DNA of 63,999 bases, counting the filler, from Catajapyx aquilonaris (taxonomy: Eukaryota): NCBI GenBank assembly GCA_000934665.2. It is 3 parts of 3 records of this genome, joined end to end, with 100 filler letters (N's around TTAATTAATTAA, not from the genome) between each part and the next. Parts side by side here need not be neighbours in the genome. Positions count along the whole stretch, not along the records: positions 43,129 to 63,999 come from KZ539489.1; 2 more parts are not named here. The stretch is one strand, 5' to 3'. Under the pieces are notes generated by a model, which made no database searches, was not told the origin of the DNA, and saw nothing but the letters and a program-made list of their open reading frames with translations. Positions 48,525 to 62,261 of the stretch are shown one piece after another; the first letter of the stretch is position 1; each line of letters opens with the position of its first letter. A program made the position numbers and the translations under genes.

Positions 48525-49183
48525 CCCAATCCCAGACGTAACATCATCACGAGTCGAGCTGGAAGCAAGGGGCAGGCCACGACTGTTACATCGCCCGTGG
48601 AAGCCTTCATGCTGCTTTTCAAGATGACCATCATTGAGCAGATTGTGGAGTGCACGAACATGTACGATAGCCACACGTGTGAAAGGGCACTTTAAGGATG
48701 CACATCATGAAAAAGTGACTGACGTGGATGAGATGGTGGCATTCATTGGGCTGTTATATATATGACGCCATTTCATCATTCCGGCGCCATGAATTACGAG
48801 CGCCTATTTGCCAAAAACGGAAGAGGAGTGGACTTTTTTTATGTGACGATGTCGAGCCAGAGGTACGCTTTCCTCCTTCGTTGCATCAGATTTTATGACC
48901 TGGCAACGAGGGAGGAAAGGAAAAGAGTGGACAGGCTGGCTCCCATACGGGACTTGTGGGAGAATGTAGTGAAAACATTTCCTAAGTACTTTGAGCCCAG
49001 CGAGAACGTCACCATAGACGAGCAATTAAAAAAGTTCCGAGGACGGTGTGGATTCAAGCAATATATACCTTCAAAACCTGGGAAGTACGGTTTAAAGATT
49101 TTTGCACTGACGGATGCGAAATTCCGCGATGTTCTGAAGATGGAAGTCTACACCGGACAACAGCCAGACGGGTCCATATATAA
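48525..49183 (+). pseudogene. piggyBac transposase fragment (no introns within it)
   Basis: IVECTN, EMVAFIGLL, MSSQRYAFLLRCIRF, TIDEQLKKFRGRCGFKQYIPSKPGKYGLKIF. Confidence 0.92.
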
Positions 49184-50027
49184 GGTAGTGTCTATTCAAT
49201 AGTTTCAATAATTTTCATTTTTTCCGGTCCATTTGGTTGATGAACTGACATGGTCACGCGAAAGGGGATTTCAAATGCCCATGAATCAAAAATAATGTAG
49301 CCCACATATTTTTAGGAGCTGGCGTTCAAAATTCAGAATACGAATGCTGCAATAATTTTTTAAATTTAATGTCTCTCTCCGACTGTCTACGGCAAAGTGT
49401 CGGAATAGTAATTTTCAACCTGCCATAAGAAAAACGGCAAATTTTCAGCAGAAATTTTGAGCACCCAAAATACCAAAAGTTAGAATCAAACACCCTCAAA
49501 ATTGTGGCGTATTGTTCAGTTCTCATTCAGTAACAGATCGACAAAGTACACCAATTTAACACCGGTTCATCATTTGGTGAATCGCATCGGTTTTCACCGA
49601 GATCACATTATTATTTGACACATTTTATGACATATTGGGGGTGTGAATTTGATTGGGAATTTGCAATTTTTACCTCGATATTGGACCTGAGAGAGAATCA
49701 CAGGTAGTGCCTCGCTGCTCTTATCGAAGACGAAGGCGCACTTGTTGTCGACAGATAGCGTAATTTCGGGAATACTCTTTACCAGATGAGTGTGTATAAT
49801 TGCAAGTAGACCTAAGTCATGTGTTCTTCGGGCCTTCCCAAGCGGGGCCTGGGGCAGGGGACCCTCTTGCGCCCCCCCCCCCCNCCCCCCCCCCCCCCAG
49901 GGCCGGCATACATTTGTATGGAATTAGCCTATGATATGCACATCCAATCTGTACATCTGTACAGGAACCCTCTTTTTCCATAATGCAATCACCAATTTCA
50001 TTTATAGTACGTATATGTGGATTTGCA

Positions 50028-50360
50028 GAGACCCGCAGGCTTCAAGGGACATGGGGTTTCCAGCTGTGGAGAACTCTATGAGGAAGAGGCGAAGGAGGAG
50101 CCTAACCACGACTTCCACAATCTCCTGATGACTTTGTCGCCAAAACTAGAGATCTAGCGGAATATCGCTTCACAGCAGGAGAGAGATTCTTTCTAGCGGC
50201 CACCGAGTTAAATGGCACTGTAACAGCCGTAATTTTTCAATCCGCAAGGATTGTGAACAGTGCCATGCTGGGAAATGCCCACCTTCATGTTGACGGGACA
50301 TTCCAGACAGTGCCATCCATGTTCAAGAAACTCATTGCATTTCAGGAGCATTTCTTTGAT
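50028..50360 (+). pseudogene. MULE transposase fragment
   Basis: LHVDGTFQTVPSMFKKL matches the MULE DGTF..P..F motif. Confidence 0.65.
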
Positions 50361-52030
50361 AAAAGCAGTTGCACGGGATTTGTTGAATATCGATTCAAAA
50401 CTATGGTGAAAGGCCTCTCACCATCAAAAAAGAAAAATAAGCCCAGACGGAAGACGGCCAGCATAGTTGAGGATGTTCCTTATGATGAGGATGTCCCAAT
50501 TATTGATGACCACATAATGGACGCTGTGAGTATAGCCTCCTAATCATTCCATATAATTATATGGGGCATTCCACGTGAACGTGCACACTTTTCCGACAAA
50601 CATCATCCGATTTTACTGTACTCGGAAAGTGAATCCGAATTTCTTCGCTGCAGTGAACGCACTGGAAGATGGGAAGTGGCTCCACTCATGAATTAGTATT
50701 GTAGGTATCTCCAGATGTATTGACTATCAGAAAATTCCAGGCTTCATATTGATATTTGGTAAAATTCATGAAATTGTTTTTCCAATTAAATATCATATGC
50801 AGATATGGCAGTTACATTTTTTCATTTTCTTTTGGAAGGATTAACAAGAAACCAAATTTTCTGTTTATATGCTTTTTTTCACAATGTAAATAAAAGAATC
50901 AACTTTTCAATGTAATCCGGAAACCTCTAAACATCTGATAATTTGCCAAATTTGTAACTACAAAAGTAAACTGTAAAAAATAAAAAAAAATAAAAAAAAT
51001 AGAGAGTGTGTATGTGTCCCCCAATACAGGCGCACGCCTGAGTACGGGGTAGGAAAAAAAATATATATATGCAGATATAACTTGCTCAGGTCATATTTGG
51101 GTCGTGATTGCCACCGTAAGTTACGGGAGGATTGAGAGAAGCTGAGAAGATCAGTGGTTTAGACTTATAAATGACCTATGACATTCATGTACCATGCAAT
51201 TCATAATTTTTTAACTGTCTTTGAAATGCAGATGATGTGAAAGCCCTGCTAGCACTTGATGTGCTGAAACTGCGGAACAAGCGAGGGAGAAAGAGGAGGA
51301 GAACTGGAATGTAGAACAAAAAAGAGGAGGTACTTTCTGTACACATTTATGAATATGCACAGGCTATATGGGCTTACATCAGCAGACCAAGTTTAACATG
51401 CAATATTACAACCTGTATAACATATAGAAGAATTACATTATGTGGACATAATTAACATGCACTGTACCATTAACCATTTAATCCATTGTACCATTTAATC
51501 CATTGTACCATTTAATGATGATAAACCGAAATGAAAACTGACAACATTCACACAACAGGGCCATCATTTACAGGAGTTATACTCTATATACATGCACTGT
51601 TTGCATAGTATAATACTGTATGTTTTGATGTGATTTCCAGGTTCACTGCCTGATTTTAGTTAAACACTGTCTATTTTTCCTGTTTTAGAGTGACTTCTCT
51701 GCCTTGCAAGGTGCTGGGCTGCCTAGAGGCACCAGTATTTTTCTGGGACAGACACACTGCATATTTGTAGACAACATAAATGGAACGATAACTCTCGCAA
51801 AGGAGACGTCTCTCGAGAAGGCATGCGTCCTGTGTTTTGGCCTATATTACATAAAGCATGTAGACTACCCGATTGCCTACGGGAAGTTTCTGTCCATGTT
51901 GCAATTAGCTCTGGTGCATAATGACAAGATTGTGCCTGGAGTGATGACACAAAAATTCGCTACTGCCATGGAGGCCCTAGAATTTATTCTACATCCGCAG
52001 CAGATGAAGAACAAGAAGCTGGCCAAGAAG
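50361..52030 (+). pseudogene. Multi-exon CACTA/EnSpm accessory-ORF-like (SAMD3-like) fragment
   Basis: TGFVEYRFK...|GTGAGT; last exon EKACVLCFGLYYIKHVDYP...FLSMLQ resembles the YY.FN..YP motif; GT-AG boundaries. Confidence 0.5.
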
Positions 52031-52197
52031 CGGACAACTCTTTGCAAAGAGGGACTGGCACACCTCATGTTGCTACCTATCAATTCAAGGTTTGTTTCAT
52101 AAAAATAATATGTTCATAATGAAGCAGGGCCTACATAATACTATAACCAGATATGGGGGTATTGCTAGTGTGCTAATGAACGTAATGGTGTTACTCC

Positions 52198-52605
52198 CAG
52201 GTACGAACCCATGGAAAGGAAGTGTCTGTGTGCAAGAAAGCTTTTGCGAGTATTTTTGGCATCAGCAACGATCGGGTTGCCCGAATTTGCAGTCATTTAG
52301 CACTACTTGGGGTTTCCCCTAAGGATAAACGCGGAAAACATCAAGAACAGACCACGGCAAAATCCAGAGCCCTTGATTGAGGCTATAGTGCAGCACATTA
52401 AGTCATTTAAGGCCCGTACAACACGCAACTCTCTGAGGAAAAACCAAGGCAGAGTGTAGGCCTACCTTCCAGAAACTCTGAATGTGTCAAAAATGCACCA
52501 AATGTTTCTTGACGAATGGAGGATACAAGTTACCTACAAGGTGTATTACAATGTATTTACTACCAGATTCAATGTCTCCTTCGCATATCCACGCTTTTGA
52601 CACGT
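52198..52605 (+). pseudogene. Sola1-like transposase N-terminal fragment
   Basis: VCKKAFASIFGIS...DKRGKH...HIKSF...YLPETLNVSKMH...YYNVFTTRFNVSFAYPRFDTC. Confidence 0.75.
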
Positions 52606-52921
52606 GTAGAGAAAGTGTACGTCCAGAAGCCCAAAACTCTTCCAGAGAAGATCCGGGAGCGCTTTGCAACAATTTCTCCGGACTTGTGTGCCAAAGTGTG
52701 CAGGTCTGTCCAGGGTCGACTACGTGAGTGCTTGGGCAGTGATGGCAGACAGGTTTTGTGACCTCGTGTACAGTCAGACATCACACAGCATCAGGTATGA
52801 AAAATACCTCGATGTATTATCAGAGTATCAGCTATTGTGTGATTGATTCAGTTTCAAATTAATAAATCACTGAAGCCGGAAAAAATTCTCAAACCTGTTA
52901 GACTACTTCTGGTCCACTCTG
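52606..52921 (+). pseudogene. Tc1/mariner transposase C-terminus with right TIR
   Basis: EKVYVQKPKTL...CAKVCRSVQGRLRECLGSDGRQ; ends GGTCCACTCTG|TA. Confidence 0.65.
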
Positions 52922-53859
52922 TACAAGGAGTTGTCATCACATCATTTCAGCACTCTAATATGCCATAGTTTAAGGTATGGATCAGAATCACCGTGGAAAA
53001 GCTTGAGAATGTCAGCAGCATTGATGCCAAGCAAGAGTGGGGCAACTTCAAACGCCAGGGAAACTTTTATTCAGCCACAACTGTGGCAAATATATGCCAC
53101 GTGAAGCCAGCTCTTTCCCTACCCTTATGTAGATGGGGCTGCAATTGTGAAGAGACTGTAGGCTGGAGCACCAGAGTGCCAAGTTGCAAAGCATCGTGCA
53201 GCACGTCTAAACGACGTCCAAGAAGAGAGTTTTGCACAGTTACCTGCTGGCAAGGAATCCGCCCTATTTGAGGTGGCCATGAATGAAAATGTTCTTTTAC
53301 AGCCATTTGTGGAAACAAAATTTTACAGGAGCTTCGAGAGTGGCAGTGGTTGTCTGAAAATAGAACTGTTTCAGTTAAGCAAGCTGCAGGCGTGTGACAG
53401 ACTTATGAAAATTGTGCGACAGTTACAGTGGAGGGTGCCAAAAGTTTATGTCCTGAGACACGTGACCAGAGTGGTGCAAGATGGATGAACGATAGGAACA
53501 TTAGGATAACAGGATCATTGTACACATGTTCCCCGTGAGAAGAAGACCTGGGAAGAAAAAGTGGAGCGTTTCATGGGAGTTAAGAAGTTCTCTGGGAACA
53601 CTGCCACACGCTACGGAACCCACCAAGAAAAATTTGCCAGAGAGATACAGGGCCACTCTTCTTCCAGGGGCAATTTTTACCTGGATTTTTACGTATGCCC
53701 CTGGCGACATTTAGGTAAAGCGGTCAACACAATTATTTTGAGCATATTTTTGATAGCTATTGATTTCTTTGCCTAATCAGACTGCATCAATATGGATAAT
53801 GACACTGGTCATATTTCTTCGTTAAGTGAAGGGCCAGCAGAGTATGATTCCTATCTTTG

Positions 53860-55040
53860 ATTTGCTCGATGAGAGTGCCAAAGGACAAGACGTGCTTATT
53901 GCTTTTATAAGAGAGATGTAGATTTTTGTATAAGATCTGACTGTGTCCGTGACTACGACTCGGAGGGCTTTTACCTGTCACACACAGCTAACGGAGCACG
54001 GACGGATATATTTAAACACCCCCAATCCGACGACTGGAACGATATGTCAACTAGTGCTACCTCAAGCGTGCCAGCATCTCTCTATGCACTAGTCAAGAAG
54101 ATTGTTTATGGGCCAGGCACACTATCCGACGACGCACATGATGACCCTCATGACCACGCCGCGCCGTTTCCACACTGGCCCCACTCTTGTCATTTCATGC
54201 TGTGAAAAGAGGCACATGGGGGTGAGACACGACATCATGAAAGGAATAGGGAGACTCCTATGCCTGTGTATATCGCAGCGAAGCTGCACGGACAGACATG
54301 AAAAATCTGGTTGACGTTGCATACAAGCTTCGAATCAGTATCTCGTACGACAGACTGCGAAGCATCCTGACAGAAAAGGCAAACAAGGCATGCGAAAGGT
54401 ACCACGCCGAGGGTGTGGTGTGCCCATCTTCCCTGCTCGTGGCCTCTTCACCACAGCAGCAGTCGAACTACAGCCAAAGACGCATTCCACGGCACAGCAA
54501 TCTCTATTATGCAGCATGCAATGATTGGGCAGATAGGTAATTTCGACAACTTGAAACAAAATATACACGCACTTTCACGCTTGCTATATTATAATTATTC
54601 GCAGGTGAACCATATAGTGAAATTCCACAGGTCATTATTAACGACCGAGAGAATGTGAAGGATCCCCCTGATGACTATGCCATGGTTGAGCCCTGTTTCC
54701 TCCATGGAAAAATAGCAACAAGCCTTCCCTCTGACTGCTGCAAGGTGGACTTGGATACGGACCCAATCCCTTTCCTGCAGGAAATGGACTGGTTGGAGAG
54801 AACGACAGTGGAAGCACAGAGCGTGACATGGGCTGTTCATCACTCAAAGCCTGACGAAATTGAAAAATCCGTTACGATAATGTCCGTGCTGTCAGTATTC
54901 TACGACTCTGGCAATACCAGGGCTACGATGCACCATGCTATGAATATTGTTTCTAAGGTGGTTAAGCACCTAAATGGAGAACAGATACCTGTCATGGTCA
55001 TAGATCAACCTCTTCACTCCCTCTGCAAACAGATCCAATC
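53860..55040 (+). pseudogene. Academ-like transposase fragment
   Basis: ETPMPVYIAAKLH, LRISISYDR, GVVCPS, AFHGTAISIMQH, TMHHAMNIV...LNGEQIPVMVIDQPLHSLCKQIQ. Superfamily assigned from recalled motifs. Confidence 0.6.
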
Positions 55041-56559
55041 TAGCGAGAGATGGGCACGGGAAGTGCTTGATTCGGACCTGCGACACGGACGTTGTGGTTA
55101 TGCTGTGTCCTGTGTTGGTAAGGTGTCCAGGCTTGAGGCTAGTGGATGTGAAGGAGAAGCTGGTTCAATATTTAAATTGCACCAGTGCTAAACTCTTAAA
55201 TATCCTCAGAACCTCCGCAGCTGGATGGTGAGCAGCTTTTGGATCAATCCAAGCAATCTAGAACTCCGGAGCCCTACAAGGCTGCCCTCCTGTGGCTTCT
55301 GGGACTCGCAGCATTGTTGCGAGAGCCGAACATCATCCACAATGCCCAGTCACCAGGAGTAAGCATATTTTTAAATATAAGCAGCATTTAAACATGGCAA
55401 CTATTAACCATACTGTTACTTTTTTGCAGGCCTTCGCAGGAGAGGCAGTCTTGGTGTGGGACCGGCCATCAGATCCATGGACGCAAGTTTGCAAAGTGAA
55501 CTAGTTTGTAAATGGCGAACTTCTTGTGGGAGGGATGGAGGACTTGATGGACGCTATGACAAGTGCCATTGCTTGCTCATATGTAGTGGATATCAAGTAT
55601 GTGCCAGAGTGTCAGAAGACATTCCTTCCTACAGCGGTATGCTGTGGGAATCCCGCCAAATGTTTCCCCCTCCCTAAGTATGTGGAGATCTTAAAGAAAA
55701 AGTTGGAGTAGGCCTAATTGTATGATTTGTATCACTTCAATACAACTTTTTTGATAGCTGGAGGACTGTAAATCTTTTCATTTGGGGGGCGTCACAGTTC
55801 CCAACAGCAGTCAATCACAATACATCCGCCTGCTGATTGGGTTCCCGAGCTGTTTCCGTAGGGGGGGGGGGGAGGTGGTGATGGTGGTACTGGGCAGGCC
55901 AGCAAATGGCAGTGGGGAGAAGCCCCCAACATCACCAACCCTAACGCTAACTTCCCGTTCTTCAGATTAACTGATGTGTTGGACATTTCCCATGAGCTAC
56001 TGCCAGAAAGAATTCTTCAGGTTATTATTATGGGCGTCGTCGTCGTCATATTTGTTGTTATTGTTAAATGTACACCATTACATTGCAGGCCATTGTTTTG
56101 GAGACCCAACAGATATGCCAGGAAAACTGGACTCGCAACAACAACAAAAAAGGGCATGAAGGACTGGGAAGACCTCAAGCTCATTGAGTTCGAAGCCTTC
56201 CTTGGGCTCACTATTGCCATGGGCATAGCGGGGAAGAGCGACGTCAATGATTATTGCCCATGGCTAGGAATGATTGGTTACGAAACAGAATATCTTGGCA
56301 CAGGTACCTAGACATCGTGGCAGCCCTGCACATTAATAACAACCGTAAAATGCTGCCTAAGACCAATCCAAACCGCGACAGACTGTTCAAGGTAATGTCC
56401 TTCTACTTACTTACCAGGTCCAGAGATTTTCACTTAGGACCGACCATGTAAGATGAATAATTATACCATGGACGAACCTGGAGGTACAGGTACTCTTATC
56501 ATGAGGTACAGACGAGGAAACAGGCACCGGAGTGAGAAGAAATGGGGCCATAGGCTCCT

Positions 56560-56760
56560 TAAGAGTGGTCAGTATGGGTTTGACAGTAACTCGTCCCTTG
56601 ATTTGGGTCGTACGGAGAGGGTTCCCCACGTCATCAATACAGGGGACGCTCTTCCGATTAAGCAGCCATTCCGGAGGGTGTCGCTCCAGAAGAAGAAGCT
56701 CATTGCCGTCCAGGTTCAGGTTATGTCCAGACAAGGCTGCATCAGAAGATCAGTCATATC
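56560..56760 (+). pseudogene. Gypsy/Ty3 pol fragment (region just before RT)
   Basis: DLGRTERVPHVINTGDALPIKQPFRRV...QVQVMSRQGCIRRS. Confidence 0.75.
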
Positions 56761-56764
56761 GCAA

Positions 56765-57536
56765 GGAACATTATGGGCATGAGCTGAATCTTGGTTTGCT
56801 ACCACTCAGCGCCAATGACAAGGAACTAATTGCGCACCAGTTGAAGGCCAAGTTAAGTAATGACACTATCTTGCATGATGCACGGAAACTCAATAGTGGT
56901 GATGGCGTCTTGCGTAGAATGCACTTACTAACCAAGTATGATATCAAAAACATCGGTAAGTCGTATGGGATTGCAAGGCATGGCAATCGCTGCGATGACG
57001 ATGCCACCAGTCTTTTCATGTGGATGAAGGAAATGGAAGACACGGGTGATAAGAAGCCAGTGCTCCTTGCAAATGAACAACAGGGTGCTAATAGCAATGA
57101 CTTAGCTGATGGCGATTTCATTCTTGTCATCCAAACTGAATTCCAACGTCGCATGATGGAAAAGTTTGCACCAAGTAAGGTGGTATTCCTTGACGGAGCA
57201 CATGGGACCAACAGCTATGATTTTCAGTTGACTTCTATTGTCGTAAGAGAAGAGTTTGGTGAAGGTATCCCGGTTGCCTGGTGCCTTAGTAACAGGGAAG
57301 ACCAGGCCATGTTCATGTGCATGCCAGGACTGGAGATATTGAACCTGCACGTGTTATGTCTGATGGTGCTAATCAGTATTACAAGGCATGGAAGCACGTG
57401 TTCAAGGGTAATCCACATGAGCTTCTGTGTGCATGGCATGTGGATAGAGCTTGGCAAGGTAAACTGCACATGATGAGAGATAAGGAGATTCGGCAAAAAA
57501 CCTTACACATTTTTGCGTGCAGTTTTGGAAGCGAGT
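56765..57536 (+). pseudogene. MULE transposase fragment, copy 1
   Basis: HYGHE, DDATSL, VFLDGAHGTNSYDFQL, EFGEGIPVAWCLSN, MSDGA, LLCAWHVDRAW. Confidence 0.9.
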
Positions 57537-57954
57537 CATCATCATCATCATGAACCTATTGACTTAACCCATAACCCACAGATGATAACTGCCACGGTCA
57601 TACCCTCTCAAGTTGCACGAACCAGCAGAACACCACGTTCCTCAGCCCCACGTGTGACTCCCGCCTCCACCACCACCATCCCTGCTTATATTTCATTACC
57701 TTTGAAAAAAAACAAGTACAGGTCGACTGTGGAAAAACCCCCCTGAGTCTCCGATTCAGCCCGTAGAGCTCCCTGCTGAAAACACACTCCCACCAAAAAA
57801 GAGAAAACTGATTCCTGTCCCGCCCCCTCCAGAGAGCACCCCCGTCACTGATTCTCAAGCTTCTTCCAGATCGTCATCCTCGCGATCACCTGATTGAATT
57901 AAAGGGTTCAAGCTAATAGGTGAAAAAGCAATCTATTTAAAGAGGCTCAACACC

Positions 57955-58920
57955 TGTGCAGTGGAAATATCACTCAGGATTGACCCCACCCTCGAGAACA
58001 CCCCCTTTCTTGAATGGTTCAGTTCTGTGCTTTACAACATCCTTGCTTATATAAGAGGTCACGGGATGAATATTGGCTACAGGGACATGATACAGCTCGA
58101 GTTGACACGCAAAGGGGGAACCGGGGTTGACACCGTATTCATACATCCGAGAAGGGCCTCTCAGCTTGACACCAATGCGATACTCCTGCAGGTTGAATCT
58201 GCTGCAGTCGCAGAGAGGTTCAGATGTAATTGCTCCAAGTGGCGGGGTTTTGCACATTAATGTCATACATATTTCAGCAATATCTGGGTCTGGGCGTGAT
58301 CAGTACAGAATATTTAGGAATATGAAATTTGAGGAGAGGCGCCGGGCTAAAACATCATTTATCTACATTGAAATCAATGATAATATGTGCTTAGCCAGGG
58401 CACTTGTCTTGGATATAGCCAATGCACAGCGCAAGGCAAATCTTATGTCTCGGGAAGAGACGAAGGCGGCGGAGGAATTAACTTTGGAAGCACATGTGGA
58501 GATTCCTGCGGGTGGGTGTAGTCTAGAGGAGGTACGGTTATATCAAAATCACCTCCAGGGTTACAGGATATGTGTATTTTGTGACGAAATGGATGAGTTT
58601 GTTTATATGGGCCCAGAGTCGAGGTGGACCATCCGAGAATTAACCTATACCTATACTAGTCTAGAGATGAGCACCATTACTGCCCATGTTTCTCCGGCGC
58701 ATCTTTGCTCTTGTGCAAGTACTTGTGTGAATCATGCATGAAGGCGTCAGAGAGAGAGGGAGGGGGAGGGAGGGGGAAGGAGAGGGAGAGGGGAGAGAGA
58801 GACAGAGAGCATTTTTGTAAAGGTTTTTGCATAGCATGTCAAAATTCTCGGTAGTTGTTCTGCTGGTGCCTCTGATAAAATCTACTGTAAAACTTGTGCG
58901 AGGGATTTTCACCTACTGAA
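57955..58920 (+). pseudogene. Polinton/Maverick (adintovirus-like) protein-primed DNA polymerase N-terminal fragment
   Basis: LLQS...LHINVIH...GSGR, SFIYIEINDNMCLARALVL, GGCSLEEVRLYQNHL.GYRICVF, followed by CxxC zinc-finger remnants. Confidence 0.75.
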
Positions 58921-61900
58921 GGTTAAAGTGCGCAATCACCTACACACCAATCCCAAATTCGAATACACCACTGAACTAAAAATCCACCAATTGCGGATCG
59001 GGGGGAAAATGACCGTGGAAGAAGAAATGGCAGATGCATTAACTGCATTTGCGAGCTCGTCACGGAACTCCAAAACCGCCTGCCCGAAAATGTGGACACC
59101 CTCATTCTCATGGCTTCCTTGTCACCCAAAAACTGCCTGAATACAGGATGTTAAGGAAATAGGTGTTTTATTTCTACACATTCGAGATACGGAGTGAAAG
59201 ACAGTGAGACAGGAGGAACTGCGGTGGGTGAGCAGGCAGTACCGGACGGTAAACAGGACCAGTGGGCAGTAAAAAGAGAATTACTGGAAAGAGGACCAGA
59301 TGATGGACCAGGCAACAGTACAGCCATCAGCAAATACGGGGGGTTAAGGTCAGTGAGTGGCACACATAATCTGCGCACGCCGAGTGAGGACCACCGAACT
59401 TTATTTGCGCGCCAAAATACCGCCCAACAATAACCCAGAAGGCCCGCTGCCATCTAGTTTCGACACGGCACACCGCCCGACCACTAGGGACAACTCGTGG
59501 AACTTGAAGGAGAGCAACATGTGTAGGCCAATCCACCAACCCNNNNNNNNNNNNNNNNNNNNNNNNNNNNNNNCCCCACCCCCCCCCCCCCCCCCACCCG
59601 GACGTCTAAGATGACAGGCTAGAACCGATCCATACCGTGAAGGTCAACCGACTAGCCCATTAAACCAACCGGTAACAAGGTAGACAACCAGACGCATTGG
59701 CTGGGCATAGCGATAATATTATGAGCGTGACCAAGAGGCATCTTGTGTGTTGACGCCTGTCTCTTCCCCCCTGCATTTTCAACTTGCTTTGGGTCAACAA
59801 GTACGCTGCCTGCTGAAGGACCCATAAGATACGCCCTGTACCGCGTGATCAATAATATCTAAAATGAAAAATTATTCCCTCTCTCACAGGCCCGCCCTCT
59901 CCTGAATATAGTGGAGCCAGAAACCTTTCACGAGGGCAAGAATTAAGCATCGACGAGATGATGCTGGGCAGCAAGGCGAGGTGCGGGGTCATGTTCATGC
60001 CGGATAAACCGACACGTAGGGGTAATTGATTGCCTTTATTAGCATGTGATCCAGGATTCCCATGATCAGAGTTATCTCACAGCCAAATAAATTGCAGAGA
60101 AATGTTTACCGAGACTAATATATTAAATATTGAGAATAAATCTTTTCCCAATGTGTCCACCCAGATGCTGGAACACTAGAAATATAGCCTTCCACCTTGA
60201 AGTATCCTAATTTTCTGTGTATTTTCCTCCAGGGATAAAGCTGTGGGTCCTCTGCGATGCCAAAACTGGGTACTGCATCCGATTTCAGATATATATACTG
60301 GACAAGTGGATGGCAAACCCGAGCGTGACCTTGCATACAGGGTGGTGCAGGATCTCTTGGAGGGGTACAAGGGCAAAGCCCACCATGTACACATGGATAA
60401 ATTCTACACTTCTACAAAGCAATGTTCACGTATTGCAAGGAGTGTATGGCACAGCACGTTCTGCATCCCCTTTCGCATGATAAAGGAGGTAGTCATCGGG
60501 ATGGCCACCTGCGCGTATACTTGGCATAAGAGGGTAGCGTCACGTGCATTTGCAAAACGCCAACTTAAAAAAGGAATCCCAGCCATTGTTGGCTCATGTG
60601 CTTCATATGCACTAGGAACATATTTAGGAGACATAACGTGGTATCACATGGTTGTGGTGGGATTGGTCAACATATTGATTATTAATGCCGTAAAGGAGTG
60701 TCCTACATTCCGTAACTTGAAACCGAAGACGACACTGTAAAAAATATGCCTGTATCTTGCTGTATATTCACGGTATTATAAACTCACATAATTCTGTGAT
60801 ACCAAGGAAAATTGCAAGTAACTCGAAAACCACACTTTACCAGCACATGTCAAATTTTGTCCATATGTGAGGCCTCATATTACATAACAATTTCGGTGTA
60901 ATGGATTTTTAAAGTACTTGCATGATAAGATTGTGATTTTCAAAATTCCTAATTCTGTGAATATCCACTTAATTCTGTGATAGTATATCCCCAATTATGT
61001 GATACTGGTCTTTTCCCAATAAAAACAACCGTAACATGTCAAAAACCCATGTATTTGCCCCTGTGTTACGATAATTATGTGAAACAATGAAAATCAAAAT
61101 GTTGTGTTACTAATCTGAATCTGAGGAACAACTTATACACATGAAGATATCATCATCATTTTGATCATAAATCCCCTGACAGTGCTCATGATACACTGTA
61201 ATTGATGTACCAGCTATGTCGTACTTCCCAGCTAGTACATGTGGCCTTAGCCAGTACATAGGTAGGCCGCAACCGGTACAGAGCCTCGTGTCCTAGCTGT
61301 AGACGGTACGCAGGTGGTCCACACTTCCAGATGGAGGTTCCAAAGGAGGTGTCACCCTAGCACGCCTAAACCACCCATCCACAAACCTGTAGCGGTATGC
61401 GAGTACAATAAGTACATGGGGGGTGTAGACTACATTGACCAGCTGTTAAGCTACTATCCTATTATCGAGGAAAGCAAGGAAGTGGTGGTAGAAAATTTTC
61501 TGGCGCATTTTGGACATAGCAGTGACCAATGTCACGATTATAGTGCGCCTGAAGGAAATTGGAAAAAAAACCAAGAGCATTCGGGGGGACTTGGCCTATG
61601 CACTTATCGCGCCGTGGATGGCGGAAAATCAATCCCCCGCCCTCTATGTCCAGTCCCATCCCCTACCCGGAAGAGTTCCATTCACCAAAAATTGCAGATT
61701 GTGAGAATCAGGCCAGAGGTTGAGGATGATGTGCCGCTGGCAGGAACGGGGGACATGGCGTTTGTTGTAGAAGCTCTGTAGAAGTGGCTCAAGCCTGTCT
61801 ATGCACAGACGCTTAGAGCTACGTGCAGCCCAAGTGACAGCACATTCCGTGCGGACAAATCGGTAATTAAAGCTCATGCTTCCAGTCGAAAGGACATTAA

Positions 61901-61991
61901 TAGGAGCAGAGATGTTAATATGAAGAATCAGAAACATCCCCAATAAATAATATTACCATTGTTTCTGCTCTACTTTTTTAAATAGGTCACC

Positions 61992-62130
61992 ATGCCACGA
62001 ATCTATAAGCGCCTCACAAGCAGAACTTTCAGAAGTCACGAAGTGGTGAAAAGAGTGGCATTGGCAGATCTAAGTGGAGCGTGCAGTATTAGAAACAATG
62101 CCCAAAAATGGGGCATTAAGAAGTCACTAA
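61992..62130 (+). pseudogene. pogo-type N-terminal HTH (psq-like) fragment
   Basis: MPRIYKR...SGACSIRNNAQKWGIKKSL. Confidence 0.55.
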
Positions 62131-62261
62131 TATTTCCACCCATTTCTATACACTGTAGGTGGAAAGAAACCCTGCAATGGTCTTCCTGGAGTGGCCTCCG
62201 AAGAGTGTTGTTTGCAGTTAAGGATTCGGCATGTAAGTGTAGTTGCTGATCTCAACCCTAT

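Larger units (their letters stand above)
55966..61800 (+). pseudogene. Intron-containing piggyBac (PGBD4-like) transposase, decayed
   Basis: Pieces at ~55966-56020, 56089-56391, 59890-60021, 60233-~60413 and ~61300-61800: IVLET/NRYA, EFEAFLGL..AMG, DRLFK|ARPL, SIDEMM, MPDKPTRRG|IKLWVLCD, MDKFYTS, YNKYMGGVD..DQ, WRILDIAVTN. Confidence 0.85.

Noticed and set aside
47115..48676. Long minus-strand ORFs over the R1-like element
   Set aside because: They are shadow ORFs caused by high GC; the recognisable domains are all on the plus strand.
52975..53490. Possible ISL2EU/YqaJ-type exonuclease fragment
   Set aside because: Only a weak resemblance (SSIDAKQEWG); not counted in the strand tally.
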